Shown here one piece after another: positions 18,040 through 29,556 of a stretch of DNA of 64,000 nucleotides. The DNA comes from Myxococcota bacterium (GTDB taxonomy: Bacteria > Myxococcota_A > SURF-8). A program made the position numbers and the translations under genes. The stretch's first letter is position 1. Each line of letters starts with the position of its first letter. The DNA is taken from positions 4,640,001 through 4,704,000 of the forward strand of contig OZ223209.1 of assembly GCA_965140415.1 (NCBI GenBank). The letters run 5' to 3'. The notes under the pieces were generated by a model. That model did not search any database. It saw only the letters and a program-made list of their open reading frames with translations, and had not been told where the DNA came from.

Positions 18040-19290
18040 TTAGTGGCGGAAGCTGCGCTGTCCGGTAAAGACCATGGTGGCATCCACTTCGTTACAGGCT
18101 TCGATCGACTGATAGTCGTTCATCGAGCCGCCCGGTTGAATAACCGACTTCACGCCTTCACTCAGGCCGACATCGATGCCGTCGCGGAAGGGGAAGAAGG
18201 CATCGCTGACCATGGTGGAACCGATCAGGCCGCCATTCACTTTCTTGACATCATCCAGGATCTCCCGGCGTTTGTCTTCGTCCTTCAAATCGTTGAAGGC
18301 CATGCCCTGTCGCTCGAAGCAATAGCGATCGGCCAGCTTGCGATAGGCTTTGTCGCGCGCAATCTCGGCCACGCCGACGCGATCCTGCTCGCCGGTGCCG
18401 ATACCCACCGTCACCAGATCCTTGACGTACAATACCGAGTTACTGGTTACACCGGCTTCCACCAGCCAGCCAAAGAGCATGTCCTGATATTCGGCTTCGG
18501 TCGGCGTGCGCTTGACCTTGTACTGCTGGCCCTTGTATTCAGTTTCGGCCAGTTTCAGATCCTCTTTGCTGCGCGCCAGCGCGGAGAAGGAAGTCTGCGC
18601 GATCAGGCCACCGTCGATCAAGCCCTTGAATTCCACCGTGCGCAGCGGCGCGAATTCCTGCAAACGCTGCATGTTGTCGATGCGCATGATGCGCAGGTTC
18701 TTGCGGCTGGCCAGAATTTCCACCGCGCCTTCTTCGAAATCGGGGGCGACGACGACTTCTGCATAGCGCTTGGCGATTTCTTCCGCAGTCGCTTTATCCA
18801 CCGGACGATTGCAGGCGATGCAGCCACCAAACGCCGCCACGCGGTCGGCCAAATCGGCTTTGACATAAGCATCCACCAGATTGTCGGCCATCGCCACGCC
18901 GCAGGGATTGTTGTGCTTCATAATCGACACCGCCGGTTTCCCAGTCAGATAACGCAGGATATTCAAGGCGTTATCCGCATCGGTCAAGTTGGTCTTGCCC
19001 GGATGCTTACCGAATTGCAGCAGTTCGGCGTCTGTCACCAGGTAACGACCGGCTTCGATGGTTTTCACATCGCCTAACGTCAAATTGCCATTGACCAGCT
19101 TGTATAACGCGGCTTCCTGCCCCGGATTTTCGCCGTAGCGCAATCCCTTTTCCACGTCGTCGATGACCCAGGTGATTTTTTCGTATTGCAGCGTGCTGCG
19201 ATTTTCACCGTCGATAAACGAAATTTCCATGCGACCCGGGAAGTGGTCGTCCATGATCGTGCGATAGGCTTTTTTCAGATCTTCGGCCAT
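18040..19290 (-). CDS. purH: AICAR transformylase domain (C-terminal half of split PurH)
   Basis: LRYGENPGQ, KHNNPCG, AFGG, SDAFFPFRDG, IQPGGS..D, FTGQRSFRH. Confidence 0.9.
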   Translation of the reverse strand: MAEDLKKAYRTIMDDHFPGRMEISFIDGENRSTLQYEKITWVIDDVEKGLRYGENPGQEAALYKLVNGNLTLGDVKTIEAGRYLVTDAELLQFGKHPGKTNLTDADNALNILRYLTGKPAVSIMKHNNPCGVAMADNLVDAYVKADLADRVAAFGGCIACNRPVDKATAEEIAKRYAEVVVAPDFEEGAVEILASRKNLRIMRIDNMQRLQEFAPLRTVEFKGLIDGGLIAQTSFSALARSKEDLKLAETEYKGQQYKVKRTPTEAEYQDMLFGWLVEAGVTSNSVLYVKDLVTVGIGTGEQDRVGVAEIARDKAYRKLADRYCFERQGMAFNDLKDEDKRREILDDVKKVNGGLIGSTMVSDAFFPFRDGIDVGLSEGVKSVIQPGGSMNDYQSIEACNEVDATMVFTGQRSFRH

Positions 19291-19353
19291 AATGCCTCTC
19301 CTTTTCTACGGATTTCGCGCTGTAGGCAAACGCCGAGCGCGTTTTTTACTTGC

Positions 19354-20040
19354 TTAGTTTTTCAGACTGTAAATAGACGGTACCTCTTCGGGTTTCTGAT
19401 CCGCCAGATACGCCGCGATGGTCTTGTCATATTCGGCGGTATGGCCGAACGCCTTGGTGGAAAGCCGGAAACGGGTGGCCAGATCCAGTTTGCCGCCGTT
19501 GGCTTTGAGCGTTTCGGTCAAGCCGGCGTAGTCCTGCGGGTCCACGACGGAAGCGACACGCAGATAATTCTTGGCCGAAGCGCGAATCATGGTCGGTCCG
19601 CCGATGTCGATGTTGGCGCGCGCCTGCTCGACCGTCACATCCGCCTTGGCGATGGTTTCTTTAAAGGGATACAGGTTCACGCAAACCAGATCGATCGGCA
19701 CGCCGTTGGTGCGCTTGAGATCGTCCTGATGAGACGCATTATAGGTTTCGGTCAACAATCCGAGATAGATTTTGAAATCGAGCGTTTTGACCAGGCCGCC
19801 CTGGGTTTCGGGCTGACCGGTATAGTCGGAAACCTGCGTCAGATGCTTGGAAGCCAGTTCAGGGCCTAGAATTTTCTCGATGGCGCCATAGGTTCCACCG
19901 GTGGAAAAAATGCGCAGTTCGGGGCAGGCTTCGATCAATGCGGGAACAAAGCTATCAAGGCCGCTCTTATCGGATACGCTGATCAGCGCATGCTTGATAG
20001 ATACCCAGTTATCGGTGTCAGCTACGAAATTGACAGACAT
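19354..20040 (-). CDS. IMP cyclohydrolase / MGS-like domain (N-terminal half of split PurH)
   Basis: ALISVSDKSGL, STGGT, VSDYTG.PE..GGLVKTL, VNLYPF, NIDIGGPTMIRASAKN. Confidence 0.9.
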   Translation of the reverse strand: MSVNFVADTDNWVSIKHALISVSDKSGLDSFVPALIEACPELRIFSTGGTYGAIEKILGPELASKHLTQVSDYTGQPETQGGLVKTLDFKIYLGLLTETYNASHQDDLKRTNGVPIDLVCVNLYPFKETIAKADVTVEQARANIDIGGPTMIRASAKNYLRVASVVDPQDYAGLTETLKANGGKLDLATRFRLSTKAFGHTAEYDKTIAAYLADQKPEEVPSIYSLKN

Positions 20041-20224
20041 GGCTCTCTCCAGAAAGGTTGGTTACAGTTGCAAAAGTGACCTCACTATACTGAGAAGCGT
20101 TCAAAGATCAAGTGCAAAGAGACGTTTTTTGAATTTCCATTCATTTTTGAGATTCGCCACGAAGTCCCTGATTATTGCTGCTATGAACAATCCGGTGATT
20201 CCGTTTTTGCGCTCCGCCGGTCTT

Positions 20225-20285
20225 GTCATTCCTACGAAGATGGGAATCCAGAAAGAAAACAATAGCCTGGATCTCCTCGGATGAC
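20225..20285. repeat. Degenerate GTCATTCC-N8-GGGAATCCAG...CTGGAT...ATGAC palindromic element
   Basis: gtcattcctacgaagatgggaatccag and a partial inverted copy ctggatctcctcggatgac in the intergenic space. Confidence 0.55.
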
Positions 20286-20329
20286 GATCTGGGTGCCTGA
20301 TAAGGACGAACTTGAGGGCGCGCTCGGTA

Positions 20330-20845
20330 TCAGCGCAGCAGGTAGATATCTTCCCCGGCAGGAACCAGTTTCGTTTCGATTCTGGCCAATAGAATATGCA
20401 GCCAGGGAGCCAGCAGGGCCGTCATGCCGGCAGCGGCCAAGGCTTTGGAAACAAACACGCCGGGAGCGGCCAAAGGCAGGCCGAAATACAACATGGAGAG
20501 CCCGAAATGCATTCCCTGTAACAGTAATTCCATTGCAAACAGGAAAGCCGCCACGAAGAAAGGATGAAACAGGTTGATGGTCTTGCTAGTGCCGTAAACG
20601 GAAAACAAGAGCACAATCGCCTGCAACACAAGAAAAGAGGGGGAGGTATAGAGAAAACCCGAAACGAGCAGCGCCAGGGCGCTTGCGGTGAGCATTCCCG
20701 CCATGGGACGCCGCGTGCGCGCAACGTAAAAAACGAAGATCGCCAGCAGATCGGGGCGCATCAGGTCGATCTGGAAATATTGGAAGATCACACCGGCCAG
20801 CGTGCAGCAGAGCCAGGCGAACAGCATGATAAACAGCGTTCTCAC
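20330..20845 (-). CDS. mreD: Rod shape-determining protein MreD (probable)
   Basis: Five-TM protein with a PDLL motif near the N-terminus, overlapping the mreC stop. Confidence 0.7.
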   Translation of the reverse strand: MRTLFIMLFAWLCCTLAGVIFQYFQIDLMRPDLLAIFVFYVARTRRPMAGMLTASALALLVSGFLYTSPSFLVLQAIVLLFSVYGTSKTINLFHPFFVAAFLFAMELLLQGMHFGLSMLYFGLPLAAPGVFVSKALAAAGMTALLAPWLHILLARIETKLVPAGEDIYLLR

Positions 20846-21672
20846 GGGATGGCTCCTCTTGGAAGAATCACCAGCACTTCGCGCAGGCGCGTAAAATCGA
20901 CCTGCGGCTTGACGGTCGCTTCCTGAAAGATGCCCTGATCGGATTTCGAAACGTCCTGGATGTGTCCCAACGGCAGATCGGGCGGGAACTGCTGATCCAG
21001 CCCGCTTGTAATGATTTCATCTCCGACCTGCACATCTTCCGTGCGCAGCGAAAAGGCCAGCTGGCATAACAGGCGCTCTTCGGCATTGGTTCCCTGGATG
21101 ATACCGCGTGAGGAAGTCCGACGCACCAGACCGTCGATGGAGCTATGCGGATCGATCATCAATAGCACTTTGGAATAACCGCCGTGGACCTCGACCACGC
21201 GACCGACCACACCTGCGGATTCGACCACAGCGGCGTTGACCTTGATTCCCTGGTTACGCCCGGCATTAATCGTGACGGTGCGGAATTGACCGAGAATATC
21301 GGTGGCGATTACACGCGCGGGGAAGTAGGACAGAGGATGCCGTTTGGCAAAATCGAGCAGGCGCCGCAAGCGAGCGTTTTCCTGCTCCTGGGCCTGACGT
21401 TCGGTAAGGCGCATTTGCAACACGCGGTTGATCGCCTGTAAATCGTTCGCTTCTTGTCTGGCATCGATGAGACTGATATACCCATACCAGACACCCGTGA
21501 TGCCGTCGAACAAGGTGACCAGAGCATCCTGAAATGGAGCGGAAAGCGCAAAGAGACCACGCTGTAACAAGCCACTATGCTTGTCCGGCGGTTTGACGGT
21601 GAGCCCTGCCAGTACGATGATGAGCAACGTAAGCAGAATGACACCGGTTTTCTTTTTTTTAATCGCTCCCAT
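20842..21672 (-). CDS. mreC: Rod shape-determining protein MreC
   Basis: ENARLRRLL, ARVIA, GVVGRV, GDEIITSG..FP..LPLG, P.VDF..L.EV. Confidence 0.93.
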   Translation of the reverse strand: MGAIKKKKTGVILLTLLIIVLAGLTVKPPDKHSGLLQRGLFALSAPFQDALVTLFDGITGVWYGYISLIDARQEANDLQAINRVLQMRLTERQAQEQENARLRRLLDFAKRHPLSYFPARVIATDILGQFRTVTINAGRNQGIKVNAAVVESAGVVGRVVEVHGGYSKVLLMIDPHSSIDGLVRRTSSRGIIQGTNAEERLLCQLAFSLRTEDVQVGDEIITSGLDQQFPPDLPLGHIQDVSKSDQGIFQEATVKPQVDFTRLREVLVILPRGAIP

Positions 21673-21806
21673 AGCGCCTGATTTATACGTTCAACACAGC
21701 CGCACCATTAAGATGGCACAACCGCATTGATGCAATACAACGTTTCACAAAGTTTCCCGAAGCAACATGATGCTTCCGGTCAGCCTAGCCCCCGCTACGG
21801 AGTCTG

Positions 21807-22853
<1,047 letters not shown>

Positions 22854-23216
22854 TTAGAAAACAATCGGATGTAGCCGATTGGAAAGTTCAAATTCATCTT
22901 GCTGCTGCTTTCATACCAGAATAGCACAGGGGGTGCAAGTTCCAAAAGAGAGGAATTATCGGTAGATGCACATTTTCGAATGGATTAGAGTGTGCTTTGT
23001 TGAAACAAACGATCCGGCGGCAGTTCAAGACAACAGGAATTGGCAATCAATTCAAATACTTATTAGCACCACCAGTCGATTTGAGCTATTGAAAGTGGGC
23101 ATCTGATTCGAAAGCAGACACGTCCCCCTCCGGGCTATCTCGAATGGACAAACCCAGGCACAGGAATATTTTCCATATAAGCTTCTTGTTTGCGTTTGGT
23201 AGTAGAAACGATGGTC

Positions 23217-24125
23217 CTAGGCGAACATCTGGCTTTCCTGGTAGAAGGCCAAGTTGATCTCTTCGATCAATTCGTTGATGCGCGCTTCCGGAATTTTCAG
23301 GAATTCCGCTTCGGGACAGGCAAACAGGTCGTGATTGGCATCGGGCGAATTGAAGCCGATGCCCAGCCGCCGCATGAAACGATCTGCATAGGAAACGATC
23401 GCGATGTTAGTCTTGATACTCATATCCATTTCGGTCCACAGCACTTCCGGCAGGTTGTGATGATAACGCATCACCGCTTCCAGAGAAGGTGCGAGATTCC
23501 AGTTGCGGGCAAGTTGTCCACCCGCATGAGTATGGCAGAATCCGAACGCTTCGCGTTCTTTGTCCATTTCTTCCTGATACGTGCAGCTATGTGCGGCTTC
23601 GAAAATGTCTTTGGCTTTTATCGGATCGGTGCGCAGTATCAGCGCTTTACCCAGATTGTGCAACAAGCCCGCGACGAAAGCTTCGTCGGTTTCGGTCGAG
23701 TCAAACTCCAGAGAAAGCAAACGCGCCGCAATGCCAACGCCGACAGCATGCTCCCAGAACTTGATGCTTAACGGGTCCGAACTGCGGTACATATTCAAAA
23801 TCGCCGTCGAGACGGCGATATCTTTGATAGCTTTGAATCCAATCACCAGAATTGCGCGCTGCAAGGTGTTGACTTTGCGCAGCAAGCCATAAAAACTGGA
23901 GTTGGCGATTTTCAACAATTTAACAGTCAACGCCTGGTCGGACTGCACCACGCGCTCCAAATCCCCGGCAGTGGATTTTGGATTCTCGATAACAGACATG
24001 ATCTTGCGAGCAATCAGCGGAAGTTGTTTCAGATCAGAGGTCTTGTTGATAACGTTCTCAAGATCCGCCTGGGCCAGTTCGTCCAGGGCATCGATCTCAG
24101 CCAGGAAATCATACAGTTCTTTCAT
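23217..24125 (-). CDS. HDOD domain protein
   Basis: LPLIA, DQALTVKLLKIANSSFYG, FWEH, AFVAGLLHNLGK, FGFCH. Confidence 0.92.
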   Translation of the reverse strand: MKELYDFLAEIDALDELAQADLENVINKTSDLKQLPLIARKIMSVIENPKSTAGDLERVVQSDQALTVKLLKIANSSFYGLLRKVNTLQRAILVIGFKAIKDIAVSTAILNMYRSSDPLSIKFWEHAVGVGIAARLLSLEFDSTETDEAFVAGLLHNLGKALILRTDPIKAKDIFEAAHSCTYQEEMDKEREAFGFCHTHAGGQLARNWNLAPSLEAVMRYHHNLPEVLWTEMDMSIKTNIAIVSYADRFMRRLGIGFNSPDANHDLFACPEAEFLKIPEARINELIEEINLAFYQESQMFA

Positions 24126-24295
24126 AACGAACCCTTGTTCTACAGTTCAACAGTTGTTCTTACTCTTTTTTACTTCCTGTACTGCCAATCCGATGCACCA
24201 CTATACCACGAGGCATTCCAATTTACAATATAAAATTCCATACAAACCATTGCAGAAAATGGGTATTGCAATTGAAATATCCAATTCCGGCAATA

Positions 24296-24784
24296 CTATT
24301 CCGGTGCACCCAGCGCTTCTACCAGACGAGGAACTTCTGCAAAATGCTCCACCTGCAATACCGCCAGGTATAAAGCGATGTTCTCCATTTCATAACCGGC
24401 AGCGATTAGCGCATCCAACAACGCTTCCAGTTTCTGCGTATCGGCCTGAACCACCGGGTCCAATTCCTGCTCGGTAATGCCGTCTTCGTTGGGAATCTCG
24501 AAAAAGTTCAATGCGGCAGAAAGCATGGGGCGATGATCGTAGAGCCAGGTCTTGAACAACTCTTCGGCCATCTGACCATCCTGGCTTGCCACAACGCCAT
24601 CGCGTACGCTCAATGCCTGAATGCGCTTGTCTTTTCCCGTTTTCAAAGAAACGCGACGACCCTTTTTGACTTTCTTGCCGTATGTACCTTCCAGCATGTT
24701 GCGGATTTTCCGCGAACAGCTCTGATATATTTCCATGAATTTGTCGTCGGATAATTTACCCAGCAGACTAGGATGATCCCACAT
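24296..24784 (-). CDS. Hypothetical protein
   Basis: ATG 24784 after GGAGG. Globular composition (WLYDHRPML...FFEIPNEDG). Confidence 0.7.
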   Translation of the reverse strand: MWDHPSLLGKLSDDKFMEIYQSCSRKIRNMLEGTYGKKVKKGRRVSLKTGKDKRIQALSVRDGVVASQDGQMAEELFKTWLYDHRPMLSAALNFFEIPNEDGITEQELDPVVQADTQKLEALLDALIAAGYEMENIALYLAVLQVEHFAEVPRLVEALGAPE

Positions 24785-25002
24785 CGTGTTCTTGCCTCCA
24801 TTTTCAATTAGGGCATTTTCCAAGCATTCACCTAAGCCCGGTACACCCTGTAACGCCCTCTTTCATAACGTTTCATTTTTTTTCTTGCAAGATTTTTATT
24901 CTGACATACAATAGGGCCACTAGGAAAGTTCGGGGATGGGGGCTTTGATCGTTGCTTGCAACGGTCAAAGTTCGTGCTGTTTCCGAATTGGACTTTTCAC
25001 CG

Positions 25003-25040
25003 AAAAACCGAGACGACGCTTAACGTCGCCCCGGTTTTTT
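25003..25040 (-). terminator. Intrinsic terminator after the 25072 gene
   Basis: AAAAA-CCGAGACGACG...CGTCGCCCCGG-TTTTTT. Confidence 0.6.
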
Positions 25041-25071
25041 ATTCAGAGACCGTTTTCTTTTCAGCGTTGGT

Positions 25072-26760
25072 TTACTTTCCCAACAAACCACCAACCTTCG
25101 CCAGAACCTTTCCGAGAGCCGCATTGAAGCTCATCTGATCGGCCTTCTGCCATTCAGGCGAATTTGAATAATCCGGCAACTCCAATGCAGGAATATTCAC
25201 ATACATCATATTACCTAAAGTCGGATCGGAAAAGGCGATATAAGGCGTGATGACCGTGTGGCCATCGGCAGCGATTTCGAAGTCGGTGCCTACGAAGTGA
25301 GGCGCATCAATCAGACCTTCGCTATCCGCGCAGAACAGACCCGCCGATCCGTCGGGTAGGCCGTCTTCCATTTCCGCCTCGGAACATTCCCATTCCAATA
25401 ACAGCGAGTTTTCCAGTTTCGGTTTGTCACTGGTCCAATACGGCATCATGGCGCGAAGCGGTTTGGGGTCCTGATAATAAGCGTGCAGATCCAGCGCCAA
25501 CACATCGAAATTGACAAAACCATTGATCAGACCGACCAGGATTCCGGGGGTGATCAACGCCGGGTCCAGCCCCAGTTCCAGTCCCAACGAATCCAGCAGA
25601 CCGAAAGCGATCGGCAAAATGGCTGCGCTGGCAATGGTCGGCATCACGACCGAATCCATCGGCGTCGGATCTCCGCCGTCTCGTATTTGATCGCGCCAGC
25701 CGCCGACCGCCTGCACTTCATCGGCGGTGAGAATCGTGACCTGCTTCATTTCTTCCGCTTCTTCGTCCTTGTCCAGCGTCCAGATCTGCATTTTCAGGTT
25801 GATCACGCCACGCTTATCGACCACGACGAAAAACTCATCTTCCTGATCGGAATCCGTAGCCAGTTCGGCTTCGGCGGCTTCCACACCGTCAAGTACGTCC
25901 TGCAAGGCACCCAGCATCAAGTCGCCGGTATCGATGACCTGCTGCTTGCCCCCGTCTCTGAAGGCCAGGAATTTTTCTTCGTAATTGAGCAGATACGCCA
26001 CGATTCCCAGAATCTTGGTGATGTCCACACCATCCAGTTCCGGCGCGATAACGGCAATCAGGGTTGCAAGATCGCTCTTGACGTGATGGGCATTGATGAA
26101 ATCGAGGAGAATGGCAAACGTGCGCGACATGGCATCGAAAAAGAACACGTCCGCATCGTCGATTTCGCCCTTGATCACGGTAGGCTCATCCAAACCGACA
26201 TAAACCGGCAAACGGTTGAAGGTCATGGACAGGCCACCCTGCTCTTTAAGCGGACCGTACAGTTCAACCGATTTATTGAAACGATCTGCCATCAGGTTCA
26301 AGCCGGTTACCAATTCCTGATCGAACCAGTCGTCCCAGGTTTCATAATCGGCGGGGGGCGGCTTGGGGGCGGAGGTCTTGAGCATATCACCGATTCCCGT
26401 AACCGCTCCCAGAATCGTATCGGCAAATAACTCAAAAGCGACAAGCGATTCCGTAAAGGCATAACCGAATCGCGCCTGCGGATCGTTTGAATTCAATTCG
26501 AAAGCTTCTTTGAATGCGACATTGGCCAATACGGCTTCGCCGTTTTCCAGCCAATCCACACCGCGCGCCACCTGCTCGGAGACATCCACTCCGCTTTCGT
26601 CTTCCGCTTCGCCTTCCATCTCGGCGTCTTCCAGATCACCGTCGATGGTATCGCCGTCCAGATCGCCATCAGGCTGATCTTTACCGTCATCGCTGCAACC
26701 GATTGCGCTTATTCCGAATAGCACCAGCAGGATGACCAACCAGTAAATGTTTTTCTGCAT
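25072..26760 (-). CDS. Hypothetical lipoprotein with DGD linker and TPR-like start
   Basis: Lipobox SAIGC, PDGDLDGDTIDGDLE, mostly helical and acidic. Confidence 0.8.
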   Translation of the reverse strand: MQKNIYWLVILLVLFGISAIGCSDDGKDQPDGDLDGDTIDGDLEDAEMEGEAEDESGVDVSEQVARGVDWLENGEAVLANVAFKEAFELNSNDPQARFGYAFTESLVAFELFADTILGAVTGIGDMLKTSAPKPPPADYETWDDWFDQELVTGLNLMADRFNKSVELYGPLKEQGGLSMTFNRLPVYVGLDEPTVIKGEIDDADVFFFDAMSRTFAILLDFINAHHVKSDLATLIAVIAPELDGVDITKILGIVAYLLNYEEKFLAFRDGGKQQVIDTGDLMLGALQDVLDGVEAAEAELATDSDQEDEFFVVVDKRGVINLKMQIWTLDKDEEAEEMKQVTILTADEVQAVGGWRDQIRDGGDPTPMDSVVMPTIASAAILPIAFGLLDSLGLELGLDPALITPGILVGLINGFVNFDVLALDLHAYYQDPKPLRAMMPYWTSDKPKLENSLLLEWECSEAEMEDGLPDGSAGLFCADSEGLIDAPHFVGTDFEIAADGHTVITPYIAFSDPTLGNMMYVNIPALELPDYSNSPEWQKADQMSFNAALGKVLAKVGGLLGK

Positions 26761-26770
26761 GGTTTTTCTC

Positions 26771-29242
26771 CTATTCGTCCAGCATTTTTACGTACGAAGG
26801 TCTCGGCTCGTCACCCAGCAGATACCTGTAAATATGATCTCCAAGTCCTTTGTGACCGTCGAAGGTCGACCAGTTCCACTGTTTGGCTTCCTCGGCAAAA
26901 ACGCCCTCTTCCGGGTTGCGCCATTCCGGCATCGTCGGAACGATGACATCGTAAGGCGTCGTGTCTTTTTGATCGGTGAAAATATCCACCATCGGCGGAG
27001 CCAGCAGCGTGTTTTTGTTCATGGGAGGAAGTCCCAGAATCAACTCGATGGTGCGATACACCGACGGAATCGAGTAATGCACCGTGCTGGTGTAACCGCG
27101 CTTGACCCAGGGGCTGGCGACGTAGCACACGCTGCGATGCGCGTTGATGTGATCGCCCATCGAAGTCTGGGCGTCGTCTTGAATGGCAATCAACAAGGAT
27201 TTTTCCCAGAAAGGTGATTTCGACAGCCAATCGACCAGCATACCCAATCCATGGTCATTATCGGCTACCATCGTTTGCGGATGGATCGCACCGGCTTTGC
27301 CACCGGACGTATGATCGTTGGGTAGTACGATGTAAATGAAGGGCGGGAAAAGGCTTTCTTCGTCTTTTTCCACCGCCAGGTTCCATTCGCGAATGACTTC
27401 CGACGCCTTGGCGACATCCTTGGCGCCCATCGACCAGAAGGGGTATTTCAGATCGATTTTATCCATCCACTTGTCCAGTTCTTTGAAAGCGAAATTGACG
27501 ATTTCGCCATAGACTCGGAAATTGACGCCGTTTCTGTCCAAGTGGTCGAAGATGCTGCCCGAAGGCACGATCGTCATCGGGTCCAGGCCGGTAATCGGAA
27601 CGCGGTCGAAACGGGTGCGCTCGACAAAGTCGTTGCAATCGGCCTGAGTGGTCCACATGTGTCCCTGTAAACTGACTTCGGAATCGCAGTAGTAGTTGAC
27701 CATATCGACCCAGGTGCGTGCAATCGAATGGGCGTTGGGCGTAACGGTCGCCGTGGTTTCGTCCGCCAACGTCACTTCCTCGCCCCACAAACGCGCCAGA
27801 GCAGGATCGTGCCATTCGTCGCCTTCCGGACCGGCCAGATCTCCCAGCAATTCGTCGTAGGTCTTGTTTTCCTTGATTACCAGAATCACATGTTCGATGA
27901 CCGAACGTTCGTTTTCGTTCAAGGGCAGCGGTACGATGCGTTCACAATCGTTATCCGGGTAAAAGCCCAACGGACGCTCGGTGTTTTCCTTGACGACATT
28001 CGAATACTCTTCCAACTCGGTACTGTTGCTGGGCGTGTCTAGGATCTGGAACTGGCTGAATACGCCCGCGCCGGTGGAGTGGAAACGCCCTGTGGTGCCA
28101 AAGCCCTTGGCGTTGACCAGGGCAATCTTCGAGCCATCGTCGTTTAGCACGATGCGACTGGGATAAAACGCAGTCGGGATTTGACCGATCAACTGCCAGT
28201 TGGAAGTATCGATGACTTCCACCGCATTGTGATCGGCAGCGGTGACATAGGCACGCTCGGCGCTTGGATGACCGACAACGTGGTTGGGGGTCCAGCCAAC
28301 GAGATCGCTGTTGTCCGGGTCCAATTCGATGGTTTCCACGACCGTATTCGAAGCCGTTGCGATGACGCTGATGGTCTCGTCATTCGAATTGGTAACAAGC
28401 AGATGCTCACCATCGGCCAATAGCGCCAGTCCCTCGGGACCGTCGCCAACCTGGATCAGTTGGGTTTGAGTCATGCTGGCAGTGTTCACCACCGACACCG
28501 TTCCCGATCCCTGATTGGTCGCATACGCCGTCTGACCGTCGGCAGAAAGCGCTACATCGTAGGGATAGAACCCGACTTTGGCGGAAGTCGGCTCACCATC
28601 GGATACAGGAACTTTCCACAAAAGACTGTCGGTCGGGGAGACGGCATAGAGCGTCTGCTCATCGGCAGATAGCACAATAGAGGCAACATAACCGCTTAAC
28701 TTGATTTCACTGGTCTTGGCAAAGGTGTCGTTGTCCCAGGTAAAGATATGAATCACACCGCTGCGCGCGCCCGAAACATAGACAGTCTGGCCATCGCCCG
28801 TGACCGCGATTCCGTAACCGGTAGGCATCTCGATCGAATCTCCGAGCAACACGGGGTCGTCGCCGCTCAAGTCAATGACCTGCACACTTTGCGAACCGTC
28901 TTCCGCATTGGTGACATAGGCTCGCTGCCCATCCGGGGAAAGCGCCACGCCCCAGGCATAGCGGGGAACTTCCACCGTTTTGCCTGCCGGACTGACTTTC
29001 TGACCGTTCATGACGATAGCCGAATTCGTTTCCGGATCGTAGCCCATCGCCTCGGAAGCGCTGTCGGTCGGATCGCCGATATCACAGGCGGCTCCCAGCA
29101 CAGCCCGATCCAGTTGGGCATCGTCGGCAGAGGATGTATCTGCGGGTCCGGTTTCCGGTTCGCTTTCGAGCGGAGCGTTGGAGCACGCCCACAGCAGCGT
29201 CAGCGCCAGCAGCCAAACCAGCGGCATCATTCTGGCTTTCAT
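26771..29242 (-). CDS. Lipoprotein: YVTN/YncE beta-propeller fused to a phosphoesterase (alkaline-phosphatase-like) domain
   Basis: Lipobox LWAC. AYVTN and VG..P repeats. IEHVILVIKENKTYD, LPNDHT, DDAQ..DH..AHR. Confidence 0.88.
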   Translation of the reverse strand: MKARMMPLVWLLALTLLWACSNAPLESEPETGPADTSSADDAQLDRAVLGAACDIGDPTDSASEAMGYDPETNSAIVMNGQKVSPAGKTVEVPRYAWGVALSPDGQRAYVTNAEDGSQSVQVIDLSGDDPVLLGDSIEMPTGYGIAVTGDGQTVYVSGARSGVIHIFTWDNDTFAKTSEIKLSGYVASIVLSADEQTLYAVSPTDSLLWKVPVSDGEPTSAKVGFYPYDVALSADGQTAYATNQGSGTVSVVNTASMTQTQLIQVGDGPEGLALLADGEHLLVTNSNDETISVIATASNTVVETIELDPDNSDLVGWTPNHVVGHPSAERAYVTAADHNAVEVIDTSNWQLIGQIPTAFYPSRIVLNDDGSKIALVNAKGFGTTGRFHSTGAGVFSQFQILDTPSNSTELEEYSNVVKENTERPLGFYPDNDCERIVPLPLNENERSVIEHVILVIKENKTYDELLGDLAGPEGDEWHDPALARLWGEEVTLADETTATVTPNAHSIARTWVDMVNYYCDSEVSLQGHMWTTQADCNDFVERTRFDRVPITGLDPMTIVPSGSIFDHLDRNGVNFRVYGEIVNFAFKELDKWMDKIDLKYPFWSMGAKDVAKASEVIREWNLAVEKDEESLFPPFIYIVLPNDHTSGGKAGAIHPQTMVADNDHGLGMLVDWLSKSPFWEKSLLIAIQDDAQTSMGDHINAHRSVCYVASPWVKRGYTSTVHYSIPSVYRTIELILGLPPMNKNTLLAPPMVDIFTDQKDTTPYDVIVPTMPEWRNPEEGVFAEEAKQWNWSTFDGHKGLGDHIYRYLLGDEPRPSYVKMLDE

Positions 29243-29500
29243 GGAAAACTCCTTTCCGAAATGGATTTTTCTCGTTTGGATTTATCGATTTACACTTTAA
29301 TGAATATCTTACGTGAATCAGCTGGACACCAGCTTAGCCGGGAGCGCCAGCAAAAGTCAATCATTTGCAATGCAAGAAAACGATTAAAACACTGCTCGTC
29401 AATTCATTCAGCACCTTTTCAGTGCCTTCAACTCCGATTTTTCCCGAAAAGCAGACAAACCGATCCCTTAGCAAGTGACATTGCTTGTCAGTCAAGGCAG

Positions 29501-29531
29501 GGCAGACCGAGGACTAGATCACCGGTCTGCC
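29501..29531 (-). terminator. Hairpin downstream of the HesB-like gene
   Basis: GGCAGACCG...CGGTCTGCC, a 9-bp stem. Confidence 0.4.
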
Positions 29532-29556
29532 ATCCCCTGAACGTTCAGATGCCTCT

